The notes: generated from the sequence alone by a model not told the origin. 54,575 nucleotides of DNA from Sphingomonas sp. (GCA_031412595.1 JANODH010000182.1:1-54575); one strand, 5' to 3'. Shown: positions 1 to 10,735, counted from the first letter of the stretch. Program-made: numbers and translations.

Positions 1-3000
1 CCGCAATGACGCTGCCATCGACTTTGACCGCGGCAGCACCCGATGCAACATTCAAGCGACCGCCGATCAGGTCGGTGCCGACGTTTATGTCGAGGTTGCC
101 CGCGCCAAGCGAGACCAATGTACCCGCGCCGTTAAAGTCGGTCGTGAACACATTGGTAGCGAGCGCAACTGTCAAATCGCGGACGACGCCGCCTGACCGG
201 ATCGAGACATTGCCGCCGGCAAGCGTGCCGATGCCTGATGAAAAATATTCTGGCGCCGAAGCAGCTTGCGTTGAAAGGCCAACCTGCCCAATCCGATAAT
301 CTGGCCCGAAGCGATTGCTCCAAACGTCGCGACGACCGATGATATCGCCACCTGCAGCGATCGATATGCTGCCGCCATTGTTGGCGAAGACTGGCGAAAT
401 AGGCTTTACGCCTGACGCAATCCCCGCAAAAGATATTGGGCCAACAGTCTCGCGCTCGAGCCGATCGTCGAGCCTTTCTTGTTGCTCGAGCGGCATCATG
501 AGACCACTGGGAAGTAGTCCGTCCGCCCGCGTGCCTGCTGTATAGATCGCATTTGAACCGATCAAAGCGTTGCCGCTTTGAGCATCTTCGCTTGCAAAGT
601 TGATCGTCGATGTGCCCCCGCCTCGATTTCGATACCGGATATTTTGTGCGCGCAGGGTATCAACGTCGGCGCTCGCGGCGATTGCGATGTTACCGTTGCC
701 GGTGCGAACCGTTGTGCTGGTGAAGATATTACTGCTTGTCAGCGATGGGTAAACACTTGTGCCATTAGCGTCTTTCGCCGCAATTCTAGTTAGTGGTGCT
801 GCGTCGTACCCGGGCGTACCGGCCACGACATTTTCCGCATACGTATTGTTACCCGCAAAGATCGGACGAGCAAGGAAGGTTACCACGTCCTCGAGACGCG
901 CAATAACACCCGTCTGCACCCTGCCGAAAACAGTGAACTCCTGTCCGCCGGTAAAAAACCCTCTCGCAGCTGCGCGGGCATCGTTGGCATCGGCTGTCGA
1001 CCCGCCCCCCCAAGTCAGAATGGTATAGCTGTTCTTGGCCCGATCCCGCTCTTCTTCATTCTGGTATTTTTCGGCAAAATAGCGGTCAACATCGAATACA
1101 CCCGTTGGATCACCAGCGACGGGCTGGCGAAGCTGCAGCCCTCCGGCAAGACTGAGTGTGGTGCCCGTTACGCTTCTTTCAACTTGGTAGCTTCGTTCGC
1201 CCGAAACGAACACCGAGCCCGGCATCGCAGCATCAGTGTGCAGAGGATTCACAGAAATCGTGCCACTGCCGCCCACAAGCCGGATGCCCGATGATTTCGC
1301 AGCGCTGCCGTTAACAAGCGGAAAGAGTTCGGCCACGCCCAGTGGATCACCGGTTCCCGAAGCCGCAACACTGTTGACGCTGTCGTGATAAGGAGAATTG
1401 ATAAACGGCGCGACGTCGTCACCCTGAACAGCCCGACCAATCGAGATACGGTTAATATCGCTGCCAACTGGCTTTGAACCAACGATATAGGGTGCAGCAT
1501 TTGCGCAATTATCCGCAGCGCCGCAATTGAGCGTTAATGCCGGATTATAGCGGCGATCGCCGCCGCCTAGTTGGTAGCTGATATAATCTTCGTTCGACCG
1601 ATCGTGGAACGCAAAGAACCCGTCAGTGACGCTGTTCGCAACGTCGACGTCATCTGCTGCGCGGATCGTCAGCACCGGCGCGGCACCGGCGACAGAACCG
1701 CCGACCCGATAGGTCATGTCGACGAACCGGTTGAACAATTGCGTTTCGTTTTCAAATGCCTTGCCGGGCGCATTGGGCACGACCTGATATCGCGGGTTTC
1801 CGCTCGCATCGGGGCCAAGCGGCGAACGCTCGAGCAGCCCTGCCGCGACTGCGCCAGCATAGTTTGTGATAGTCCCCGCACCGAGATTAAGGATCGAGTC
1901 CAAAATGATGTCATCGTTGCTCACCAGCTCAATGCCGGGACGCGTTGAAAACGCCCCGAAACTCTGGCCGTTGGCGGCAGTGATGCTGAAATTGCGCACG
2001 AAATCCGGAAGCGTTCCAGGCGCGAGATCAGCGAGGAAATTCGGCTTGCCGGTTGCAGCAGCATTCAAGCGGACACCATCGGCAGAGATTCCCGAAAACG
2101 CATTGCTCGAGCCGATCGCCTGCAGGTCAAACCGCTTGAATGCTTCGATCTCCAGCGATCGTGCCCCGCTGATCAAAGCGCTGTTCTGGACATCGACGGT
2201 ATTGCCCGCGCCGATCTGCGCGCGAAACGTAACCGCGCCACCCTTGTCTGCTTCGGCATAGCGGTAAGTCGTGATTTCGCCACCGGTCACAGGGTCCTTG
2301 GCGAATTGCGAGACGAGACGATAGCCCGGACGCAGGGCGCTTACATTGATTTCGGCGCTTGATGCCAGCGTAGATTCAAGCCTGATTGAAACCGGATCGG
2401 CGACCGTCGAAACCCGCCCACTGCCGAGCGTCACATTGCCTGCCGTAGCAACGCGGCTATCGAGTGCGCTATAGCCGGAAGTCGTGGCGACAAGCTTGCC
2501 TGTCGCTGCCAATGTGACCCCGCCATTACCATAAAGCGCGATATTGCCACCATCGACCCGCGCTGCGTTATAGCGCGGATCAGAAGGACGGAGAGCCGTC
2601 ACGTCGTCCCCCGAGGTGTCGATCGTCCCGGCAATCGTGATGAGACCTTGGCCTATCGCGGCGTCATCGGCGGTTAGCAGCACGCTGCGCGCGCTCAGCT
2701 TTTGAGCAGCGTTCAAGGTCAGGTTGCCGGTCCCGGTTCGGATGGCGAGATCACCACCGAACGCGCTGCCGTTTTCGGCGACAAACGCGGCAAAGTCGAA
2801 CAACGTCGAACCATTGGCTATTCGGGCCGCGTCGACCGTTAGTGAAGAAGTGCGCGCTGTTCCAGCAGCCATGCCGGGATTGAGGGTTGCAGCAAGGTTG
2901 ACCGTTCCCCGCGTCGCAATGAGGTTCAGAGCACCAGCTTCGCCGGTTCCATTATCGACAATCAAGCGCGTCGTCGCAGCAGCGTCGATGCCGCCTGTGG

Positions 3001-6000
3001 TCGAAATCAGGTTGATGTTTCCGGCGTTTGCGGAGATCAAAACGGGATCGCCAGCGTCCCCGAACGATTTAGCATAGCCCGGCGTCGCAAGTGTCGTCGC
3101 GCCGGCGAGCACAATCGAACCGGTCGACCGGATATCAATCAGTCCCGACGTCGCACGCAGATAAGCCCCGTCAATCGAAGCACTCTTGACCGGCGCATCC
3201 TTTGACCCGATCGCGATTCTCGCGCCCGGCGCTTCCTGCCCAACCGGCAAAACAACGGATTGCGCAAGCGCCGTCATCGTGAAAGCAGCGTCGGTCAGAA
3301 TCTGGAAATCAGGCCGCACGTAGCCATTGCGCAGATCGGATGCTGTTCGATCGATCAGGAATGGCGTTTTCAGAGTCAGCGATGCGGCGGGCGCCGTCAC
3401 TTCGAAAATGCCCGCGCCTTCAACGAACATGCCATTGCTGGCGTTCAATGTAACCGACTTGTCAAAACCGTAAGTACCGAACGTTCCGGATCCAAAGGCA
3501 ATGCTGTTCGCGTCGATGATCAAGCTGTTGCCCGCTCTGCCGCACGCAAGCACCCCGCCTGCGGTACAATCAGCGAGGGCCTTGCTGCTGTTCGTGAGCG
3601 TCAGATTCTTTGCGGTGATTGACAGCGTTGACGGTGTCGTCGCGGCGGCGCCGGTCAATGCAGTAAGCGACAGCCCTGGCGTGTCCAGGCGCAGGTCGTT
3701 GAAAACATGCGGTGTTGCTGCACTGAACCGCACCACGTCGGGCGATTTCAATGTGAGACTCGCTGCTTTGGCAAGCGTTGCTTCGACACCGGCTTCGATA
3801 AAGTTCTTGCCGAATTGCAACGCGTCACTGCTCACAGTGATTTTTGCGGCGTTCAGCACCGCATTCTCGTCGATCTTGAACGTCCGGCTCGAATCGATTG
3901 TCAGCGCGCTGCCGTTGATCGTGGCAACGCCAATCGTCAACTCACTCGGCCTTAAGGTGTTACGGAGCGCAAAATCACCTTGCCGCTGAACCAGCCGTTC
4001 GGTCCCGCCCGCAACCCGAAGAACTGCGCCAATGCCGCTGAAATCGAATAGATCGCTCGGTAGCGGCGTTGCATTCGATCCAACAATATAATCGCCCGTG
4101 CGTGCGTCACCGGTGATCCCAGTCGCCGTCAAGACAGCACCGTCGCGCATCGTCAAGCGCGAGCCCTGTCCTGCGACAGCGAAGATCAGCTCAGGCGCCA
4201 CAAGATTCACTTGGCTGTCGATGTCGATCGTGTCGGCCAGAACACCGAGCGTCGTTGTGCCGTCCGCATTATCGGTACGCTGCCCGCCGATAAGAAGGCT
4301 ACTGGCGTTGAGTTTCGCCAGCGTTTCGGTTGTCAGCGTGAGAACGCCAGGCGCAGCCACAACAGGAGTTGCTGCACCGGTGAGGCTGATGTTTTTGCCA
4401 CCGATGTCGATCTGCGCACCGCGGCCGCCAGCTGCTGCGCCGGTTTGGAACAGCCCGGCGACTTTCAATTCAGTCAGGGGACTGAGGATCGTACGCGCGG
4501 CGTCGATCGGTAAACGCGGCACGGCACGGTTCTGCTTTGCGGCAAGAGCAACGAACTGCGCGGTGCCCAGCGTGGTTTCGATCCGCGACGAACGACGAAA
4601 AGTTTCATTGCTCTGTAGCGTGAACGATCGTCGCTGCGACTCTGCTAAATTCAGTCCAGCTGTCGAGTAAGTTCCACCGACGATCACACTGCCATCGCGC
4701 AGCGTGGTCGCCGTGCCTGGAATTGGGGGGAGCGCACCAACATTTTCGACGACGCGCAAGGCACCGAGCTCGGGGATCAGCGCGTAGTGCGCTGGAAGCA
4801 GAATATATTCGCCGGCGGCAAGACCGGGGCTCGCGTCGATCGTAATCGCACGTCCTGCCGACCCGCCATAAATGTTGCGACCATCCGCACCCTGATAATC
4901 GGCGGCATAGACCGGATCGAATTTGGCGATCTTGTCGGCCTGATCCTTAGGCAGGATTGCATAGACCTGACGTTTATCGGCGTACTGAAAACCCGCATTG
5001 CCGCTGAAACTATCAGGATTAAACCGATCAAGCACATCGCGCGACCCGCCAGTACCCGAAACGAATTCATAAGCGAATATTTCACCACCGCCACGACCAT
5101 CGATGGTAGCGCCAGCCGACACATTGATCGTACCACCGCTCAGGTCGAGCTGGCCAACAGGCGGGGCGGTAAGATCAGCTGTACCATTCGGCGAAAAAAG
5201 ATAGCTCGTGAGGTCGGTCGTGACACCGTACGGCACAGTCTTGCCCGCGCCGGAAACCGACGTAACGCTGCCCGGAACGAAATCGAGCGATTGCGTCGCC
5301 GGCGCAGCAGCATCGCTGAAATTGGAGCCAAGCGTAAGCTTTCCGAGTGGTGCGCGCAGTGTGCCGCCTTGCACAATCTTCGCGGCGCGCACTGTAACCG
5401 CCGAGCCTGCCGAATACGCATCTGACGCAATGGCACCGGGTTCGGCAAGAAAAGTGATCAGCCCATCGGCAGCCGAGGACGTGATTGCAAACGGCGTCGA
5501 CAGATTCGTGCGGCGCGTGTTCCCCGCATCGGTTACCAAGACGGGCAACTCATAGTCTATTTGGGCATTGCCGGTTCCTGTGGTGGCATAAATCTGGCCG
5601 GCCGAAAACGTCATGTCTCCGTTGCTGGCGACGCCGCCAATCAAGCCGGGCGCTGTAATGCCATTGAATTCGGATTGCTTCCCAATCAGTCGGATATCAC
5701 CTTTTGACCGGAAGGTGACACTGGTCCGTGGCGCGTCGGCCACCGTACTTGAAAAACTCACGTTTCCAACAAGGTCGAGGTTCCTGGACGCATTGAACTC
5801 AAGGGTTCCCACCCCCGTGCCAACCGGCATTGGCCTGACGATCGAATTGAGCACTTCATTTGTGCGTGCCAACCGAACGAACGGTGCATTGACAGTGAAC
5901 GAAGCTCCCGCGGCGGCGATGACGGCTGGACCGCTCGTCTGCAACTCGAACGACTTGCCGAGCGTCAAATCGACAGACCCGCCGACGCCGTCAACAGTGA

Positions 6001-9000
6001 AGCCGTTGTACGCGACCAGCGTGTCGAACCCGGCTCCGCTCGCGCCAATCTGGCTCGAGAAGAGAACATTGTCGGCACGCACGCCCGTATCGGTTTGCCG
6101 CATCACAGGATCGAGCCATTCGAGCGTTCCCCCCTCAGCAAGCGGCGCGCCGCCCTGCGCGGTTATTGCGCTGCCACCGAGCGTTCCGCCGCCCAGCAGG
6201 CTTAAACGCCCGCCATTGCTCCACTGCAGGCTTTTTGCGTACGTCGATGGACCATCGGGCACATCAAACGAAGCAGAGGCTCCGCGCAAATCGATTGTCG
6301 AGCCTGGAAGCGCATTCAGCTTCTGCGCAAAAAGAGTATCTGCACTCAACGGCGAGCCGCTTGGTTCGCGAGTCAGGATAACCGGGCCCGTCGCGATTGT
6401 CCCGCCAGCGATGACCCGGCCGGTGAGCTGCAACTGACCCGTGGGAAGCAACGGCGGACGCGGGTTGAGCACTGCCGTCCCCGACAAGTCGGTTATGCTG
6501 CCCGCGGCGAACCGGATGCCCTCATCGGCGTCCAACCTGCCGAGAAGATACAGATTCTTGTTAAAGAACTGACTGGCAAAGACGTCTTTGTTCGTCAGGC
6601 GCGTGGCACGCGCGACATCACTGAACAGGATCGCGCTGGTTAACGCGCTTTCGCTATACGGGCCGTCGCCGGTCGCGCCTCCAAAGATTTCGCTCAGTCC
6701 GTTGCCGCCGAATGCTGAATCACGAATACCGAACCCGAAACGTGTTGCGCGGGCAGCCTGTTCGGGCGAAAAACGCTGGATAATCGAGCCACCAGCAATG
6801 CGAATGGTACCCGCGTTGAGCAGCTTCGATACATTTATGGTCGCGCCTGCCGCGCCAACGATCGTGCCACCTGCTTCAACGTCAAGCTCAGTCAATCCGC
6901 CAAGACGCAAATTCGCTGCCCTTTGATCGAAAGCGTCGGTCGGTTTTACCGGTGTAATGAACGAAAGGTCGCCCCCGGTCTGGAGCGCAATCAATCGAGC
7001 TGACGTTGCCGTATCGACCAGCGGCGAGCGAACCCATTGGGTCAGATCAAGCGTATCATTGGCCGCGACACGATACAGGCTTGTCTGCGCGAAATAGGAT
7101 GAACCGGTCGTGCCGCTGAACAGGTTCTTTACGACCTTTGAATCATTCACGGACAAATCGAGTGTCGCAAATCCGGTCTTTTGAAGAAAGTCCAGCCCGA
7201 CGCCCGCGCCGCCCGGCGTAACGTCCGAACCCATACTTATCTTTGGCGCAACCAGCGTAAACGTTCCACCACCAGCGAAGCCGAAGCCGGTCAGGCTCCT
7301 TGCTGAGAAGCGAACTTCAGAAGTCGGATCATCCGGTAAAATCAAGGTCGGGAACAACTCGCCACCGACGACATACGGTGAAACGGCAACAGGATAAACC
7401 GTAGCAGAGCCGCTTGTCAGTGAGCGCCCTACGGGCGTGGCATAGCTTGTGCGATTGATGAGCGAGATGTTGCCGCCCTTGGCCGTGAGCTGCAATCTGC
7501 CAGTCGAGTTCACATACCCACCCGAAGAGACATCGAGCATCGCCTCGTCAGCGACGACCAAGCTGCTGTTCGAAGCCACGGCGCCTAATGTTGTGAAGCT
7601 TATGGACCCCCCATCGGCATAGCCCGCACCTGTCGTTTCGCCAGCGAATTTGCCGAAGTCGTTCACCCACAAGCCTGCGGCTGATAAAGCACCGACGACG
7701 ACGATGTCTGCAAGACGCGGCGGATTTGTCAGTGACGGCACCGGCTCGACCTGGAAGGCCGAGCCTGTGCCGTTATTTCTGCCAACGATGGTGGCCGCTA
7801 TCGTGCCCGACGGTACCGTGATCTTGCCGTCGAGCGTGATCGTCCGACCGGCGATGACTGAAAGCGCACCACCGTTGGCGAGGCGAACATCCGTGTCTGC
7901 CGCGAACGAGACCCTGCCGCTAGAGTATAGCGACAGGCTCGACAAACCGGAATCGAGGATCGCCGTATCCGATAGCAATATTTCCGAAAACGGGCGAGCA
8001 ACGGCCGATCCATTGCCGTTATAGATAAGAATATCGGCCCCGTATGACGCATCGCTTGCAGTCGCGTCGCGCCTTCCTGCCGACACGATCAAAGCGCCGC
8101 TTGAAGCCAATTGTGACGCGGTTGACTGAAGTTTGCGCAGGTCGCCTGAAATATTTGATGCCCGGGTGCCACGTATGCCGCCTGCCGATTGGCGCACGCC
8201 CGCAAAAGCGCGGCCGTCCAGCAAGCCTTCGATCGTCATTGTCGTCGCCGTCAGGCTTAGTGCCCCCGCATCGCGGCCTTCGTCATAACCGACTTCGAGC
8301 CGACCGCCTTGTAATAGTGAATTGGCAAAGGTGCGCGAAACACCGAATTTCGCCTGAATTTCGGTAAAGCCGTCGCCGACCGCGATATAGTCGTCGTTCG
8401 GGTCCGCTTTGCCAATCTCTACAATTCGTCCGTCGGAAGTCAGCAACTTGCTCGACCGCACAAAGCCGTCACCAAAGCGGACCCAGCCCCCCGAAAAATC
8501 GATCACCGAACCTTTGGCAATATTGATTGTTGGCGCTTGGAGCGGCGTGATATTGCCAAGCGCCGCGCTCGCCAGCTGCGTCGTCGCCGTAGCGACCGCC
8601 ATACTCACCGTGCCGCCGGGCGTCATCAGCTCAGCTGCTGTTACAGGTATCTGGCTCGCAGCGCTGCCCGCCTCGATGAGCGGCGAGCCGACCCACGCAA
8701 CGCCATCATTGCGCACGCCCGAAAGTCGCGGATCGAGGTAAATCGTTGCGCCATTGAGCGTGAAATCACCATTCGTCGTCAGTTCGCGGTAAGTTGGCGT
8801 GTCGCGCAATTCGTTACGCTTCAGCGGATCGATCATCAGGCTGTTACGCGACGGATCGATCAGGAGGTCCTTGACCCCGCTCACATCAATAATAGCGCCC
8901 GCGAGGACGTCGATGCTGCCGAGCGAAAGCGGCTGATAAATCGGCTGAGTCAGGTTGGGCTCGATAAAGCCCTTACCACCCACGACCACATCGGCATTCG

Positions 9001-10585
9001 GCGCGAGCAATAGCGATTTTGCGTCAAATCGAACGGCAGCAGGCCCAAAGAACGATGCGGCGAGCTGGCTGCTGTTGACCTCATCGAATCGCCCTCTGGA
9101 GAGGTAGATATTGCCGATTTCGATTTTCGTCGATTTGAACGCCGGTGGCGCAGCGACCGTGCCGATCGGCACTGTCTCGCCATTGGCATCGGGCGTGACA
9201 ACGATCCCGCTCGCAATCGTTTCGCTCCCCAATAAAATCGTTCCGCCTGTCAGGGAAATCTTTGCGTTTCGAGCAACGCTCGTGGTCGAGGCAAGCAGCC
9301 CCAAGTTCGTGACCGTCCCGCTCTCCCCGGTGCCAAGCGATATGTAACCGCGTGGCACATCGATGAGCCCCGAATTGCTGACAGCGCCGTCCAAACCGAA
9401 CCATGAGCGCAGCACCAGGCCACGAACGTCCGGACTGATTCCCGTCACAATGTCGGTTGCTGTCGCCGCACCAGTGGAAATCGCATAGCTGACGGCACGC
9501 CCGGCCTGCAGGCTGACCTGCCCCTCGGGGACAGAGAGAATGCCGGCATTGGTGACGCTCGGTGCAGTCGCGATGATGAAGCCACCGCCAACAGCATTCA
9601 CCGTTGCACCGCGATCGATCGTTATTCCGCCCTCCGACGGGATACTCGTAAAATCGTTAACGGTATCGAGAACACTGGAAACAAGATAAATGGGCTTGCC
9701 GTCTACGGCGACCGAGCTCTGCAGTCCGGACGCGAGAAACGTCAGATTTCGGTCGGCAATCGTCGCAACCGCATCTTTCAAATTTGAATTTACGTCGGAC
9801 GGATCGATTAACTTTCGGGTGGTGAAATCACCAATGTCGAGTGAACTCACCAGCAATGAATGGAGATTGACCTGTGAGCCTTTTTCGAAAACGACGCCGC
9901 GCGAATTGATGACCGCCACAGTGCCATCGGCCTTGATCGAGCCAAGGATGCGACTGGGCGCCACTGAATTGGCAACGCGGTTGAGTGCGACCCAGCCGGG
10001 CTGGGCAACGCCATTCAGCTTCTGCTCGAAGTTCAGCGTCGTGTTCGCACCGACGTCAAAGCGATTCCATGAGAGGATCGCACGGCTGTCGGTCTGGATG
10101 ATCGTCACAAGCGGCTTGCCGTCCTTGTCCACCTGCGTCGGAAGCGTTGCGCCCTGCCATGTATTCACGCCAGTTGTGTCGAGCGCGGCCAGTGTGCCGG
10201 ACCGCACCGGATCGAGCCCCGCATCGGCATTACTGCCATCGGCACCCTTAAGACCGTCTCTTACGGCCGCCAGCGCTGGATTGCGGATGGCGGCAATCGC
10301 TGCCTTTTGCGCCTCGAGAATTGCGCCACGCATGTTGTTTGCCAGCAGTTGATGCTCGACCGAACGGGCAAGCACTTCGCGCATCCCGACAGGACGCATT
10401 GGCACCGCATTCACGGGCGTGACCACCACCGGCGCGACGCCGAGCGACGCCCGCAATGCGGCAAGTTGCGCCTGGGCTGGCGTGGCATTCATCGTCAATG
10501 CAAGCGCGGCAAGGCTTGTGCTTTGAAGCAGCCTGTATCCTGCGCGTGAGCCGCGCCCTGCTCGAACCGCTTGAGTGACTTGCAT
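1..10585 (-). CDS. Giant filamentous haemagglutinin-family exoprotein (TpsA), partial, 3' end beyond left edge; >3,500 aa
   Basis: Hand translation from ATG at 10585 gives MQVTQAVRAGRGSRAGYRLLQSTSLAALALTMNATPAQA|Q (signal peptide), then a TPS/Haemagg_act domain (IIQTDSRAILSWNRFDVGANTTLNFEQ...WVALNRVANSVAPSRILGSIKADGTVAVINSRGVVF). Family-type motifs NELRD, YDEGRDAG and LAAGEYILLPAHYAL occur internally. The same frame is still open at position 2 (...DLIGGRLNVASGAAAVKVDGSVIA). The ORF track lists nothing in this frame, consistent with no in-window stop. Confidence 0.9.
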   Translation of the reverse strand, partial: MQVTQAVRAGRGSRAGYRLLQSTSLAALALTMNATPAQAQLAALRASLGVAPVVVTPVNAVPMRPVGMREVLARSVEHQLLANNMRGAILEAQKAAIAAIRNPALAAVRDGLKGADGSNADAGLDPVRSGTLAALDTTGVNTWQGATLPTQVDKDGKPLVTIIQTDSRAILSWNRFDVGANTTLNFEQKLNGVAQPGWVALNRVANSVAPSRILGSIKADGTVAVINSRGVVFEKGSQVNLHSLLVSSLDIGDFTTRKLIDPSDVNSNLKDAVATIADRNLTFLASGLQSSVAVDGKPIYLVSSVLDTVNDFTSIPSEGGITIDRGATVNAVGGGFIIATAPSVTNAGILSVPEGQVSLQAGRAVSYAISTGAATATDIVTGISPDVRGLVLRSWFGLDGAVSNSGLIDVPRGYISLGTGESGTVTNLGLLASTTSVARNAKISLTGGTILLGSETIASGIVVTPDANGETVPIGTVAAPPAFKSTKIEIGNIYLSRGRFDEVNSSQLAASFFGPAAVRFDAKSLLLAPNADVVVGGKGFIEPNLTQPIYQPLSLGSIDVLAGAIIDVSGVKDLLIDPSRNSLMIDPLKRNELRDTPTYRELTTNGDFTLNGATIYLDPRLSGVRNDGVAWVGSPLIEAGSAASQIPVTAAELMTPGGTVSMAVATATTQLASAALGNITPLQAPTINIAKGSVIDFSGGWVRFGDGFVRSSKLLTSDGRIVEIGKADPNDDYIAVGDGFTEIQAKFGVSRTFANSLLQGGRLEVGYDEGRDAGALSLTATTMTIEGLLDGRAFAGVRQSAGGIRGTRASNISGDLRKLQSTASQLASSGALIVSAGRRDATASDASYGADILIYNGNGSAVARPFSEILLSDTAILDSGLSSLSLYSSGRVSFAADTDVRLANGGALSVIAGRTITLDGKITVPSGTIAATIVGRNNGTGSAFQVEPVPSLTNPPRLADIVVVGALSAAGLWVNDFGKFAGETTGAGYADGGSISFTTLGAVASNSSLVVADEAMLDVSSGGYVNSTGRLQLTAKGGNISLINRTSYATPVGRSLTSGSATVYPVAVSPYVVGGELFPTLILPDDPTSEVRFSARSLTGFGFAGGGTFTLVAPKISMGSDVTPGGAGVGLDFLQKTGFATLDLSVNDSKVVKNLFSGTTGSSYFAQTSLYRVAANDTLDLTQWVRSPLVDTATSARLIALQTGGDLSFITPVKPTDAFDQRAANLRLGGLTELDVEAGGTIVGAAGATINVSKLLNAGTIRIAGGSIIQRFSPEQAARATRFGFGIRDSAFGGNGLSEIFGGATGDGPYSESALTSAILFSDVARATRLTNKDVFASQFFNKNLYLLGRLDADEGIRFAAGSITDLSGTAVLNPRPPLLPTGQLQLTGRVIAGGTIATGPVILTREPSGSPLSADTLFAQKLNALPGSTIDLRGASASFDVPDGPSTYAKSLQWSNGGRLSLLGGGTLGGSAITAQGGAPLAEGGTLEWLDPVMRQTDTGVRADNVLFSSQIGASGAGFDTLVAYNGFTVDGVGGSVDLTLGKSFELQTSGPAVIAAAGASFTVNAPFVRLARTNEVLNSIVRPMPVGTGVGTLEFNASRNLDLVGNVSFSSTVADAPRTSVTFRSKGDIRLIGKQSEFNGITAPGLIGGVASNGDMTFSAGQIYATTGTGNAQIDYELPVLVTDAGNTRRTNLSTPFAITSSAADGLITFLAEPGAIASDAYSAGSAVTVRAAKIVQGGTLRAPLGKLTLGSNFSDAAAPATQSLDFVPGSVTSVSGAGKTVPYGVTTDLTSYLFSPNGTADLTAPPVGQLDLSGGTINVSAGATIDGRGGGEIFAYEFVSGTGGSRDVLDRFNPDSFSGNAGFQYADKRQVYAILPKDQADKIAKFDPVYAADYQGADGRNIYGGSAGRAITIDASPGLAAGEYILLPAHYALIPELGALRVVENVGALPPIPGTATTLRDGSVIVGGTYSTAGLNLAESQRRSFTLQSNETFRRSSRIETTLGTAQFVALAAKQNRAVPRLPIDAARTILSPLTELKVAGLFQTGAAAGGRGAQIDIGGKNISLTGAATPVVAAPGVLTLTTETLAKLNASSLLIGGQRTDNADGTTTLGVLADTIDIDSQVNLVAPELIFAVAGQGSRLTMRDGAVLTATGITGDARTGDYIVGSNATPLPSDLFDFSGIGAVLRVAGGTERLVQRQGDFALRNTLRPSELTIGVATINGSALTIDSSRTFKIDENAVLNAAKITVSSDALQFGKNFIEAGVEATLAKAASLTLKSPDVVRFSAATPHVFNDLRLDTPGLSLTALTGAAATTPSTLSITAKNLTLTNSSKALADCTAGGVLACGRAGNSLIIDANSIAFGSGTFGTYGFDKSVTLNASNGMFVEGAGIFEVTAPAASLTLKTPFLIDRTASDLRNGYVRPDFQILTDAAFTMTALAQSVVLPVGQEAPGARIAIGSKDAPVKSASIDGAYLRATSGLIDIRSTGSIVLAGATTLATPGYAKSFGDAGDPVLISANAGNINLISTTGGIDAAATTRLIVDNGTGEAGALNLIATRGTVNLAATLNPGMAAGTARTSSLTVDAARIANGSTLFDFAAFVAENGSAFGGDLAIRTGTGNLTLNAAQKLSARSVLLTADDAAIGQGLITIAGTIDTSGDDVTALRPSDPRYNAARVDGGNIALYGNGGVTLAATGKLVATTSGYSALDSRVATAGNVTLGSGRVSTVADPVSIRLESTLASSAEINVSALRPGYRLVSQFAKDPVTGGEITTYRYAEADKGGAVTFRAQIGAGNTVDVQNSALISGARSLEIEAFKRFDLQAIGSSNAFSGISADGVRLNAAATGKPNFLADLAPGTLPDFVRNFSITAANGQSFGAFSTRPGIELVSNDDIILDSILNLGAGTITNYAGAVAAGLLERSPLGPDASGNPRYQVVPNAPGKAFENETQLFNRFVDMTYRVGGSVAGAAPVLTIRAADDVDVANSVTDGFFAFHDRSNEDYISYQLGGGDRRYNPALTLNCGAADNCANAAPYIVGSKPVGSDINRISIGRAVQGDDVAPFINSPYHDSVNSVAASGTGDPLGVAELFPLVNGSAAKSSGIRLVGGSGTISVNPLHTDAAMPGSVFVSGERSYQVERSVTGTTLSLAGGLQLRQPVAGDPTGVFDVDRYFAEKYQNEEERDRAKNSYTILTWGGGSTADANDARAAARGFFTGGQEFTVFGRVQTGVIARLEDVVTFLARPIFAGNNTYAENVVAGTPGYDAAPLTRIAAKDANGTSVYPSLTSSNIFTSTTVRTGNGNIAIAASADVDTLRAQNIRYRNRGGGTSTINFASEDAQSGNALIGSNAIYTAGTRADGLLPSGLMMPLEQQERLDDRLERETVGPISFAGIASGVKPISPVFANNGGSISIAAGGDIIGRRDVWSNRFGPDYRIGQVGLSTQAASAPEYFSSGIGTLAGGNVSIRSGGVVRDLTVALATNVFTTDFNGAGTLVSLGAGNLDINVGTDLIGGRLNVASGAAAVKVDGSVIA

Positions 10586-10620
10586 AAGAATATCCGCCCG
10601 ACATCAAAGAAAATCGAAGC

Positions 10621-10649
10621 GTTACGATTCGATTACCGAAAGATTAGGA
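10621..10649 (-). promoter_or_regulatory. Pho-box-like 11-bp tandem repeat upstream of the TpsA gene
   Basis: Minus strand TCCTAAT-cttt-CGGTAAT-cgaa-TCGTAAC: three 7+4 units resembling CTGTCAT-N4; degenerate. Confidence 0.4.
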
Positions 10650-10684
10650 GCGTTATGTTGCAGTCTTTTGAAGTTAATTGGTCA

Positions 10685-10731
10685 CTCGGGAGCGTCTCGT
10701 TCCGGTCGTCCGGAAACGAGACGCTCCCGAG
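10685..10731. terminator. Strong inverted repeat (terminator or mRNA-stabilising hairpin) between porin and TpsA genes
   Basis: CTCGGGAGCGTCTCGTT...AACGAGACGCTCCCGAG, 17-bp perfect arms plus inner CCGG pairing, a few nt after the porin stop; no U-tract on the minus strand. Confidence 0.7.
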
Positions 10732-10735
10732 CCTT

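Noticed and set aside
6-10549. Dozens of plus-strand ORFs of 60-274 aa in the ORF track
   Set aside because: Antisense shadows of the giant minus-strand TpsA gene; Ser/Pro/Ala/Arg-rich with no motifs
10248-10607. 119-aa minus-strand ORF overlapping the TpsA start
   Set aside because: Alternative frame; the ATG at 10585 gives a signal peptide and TPS domain
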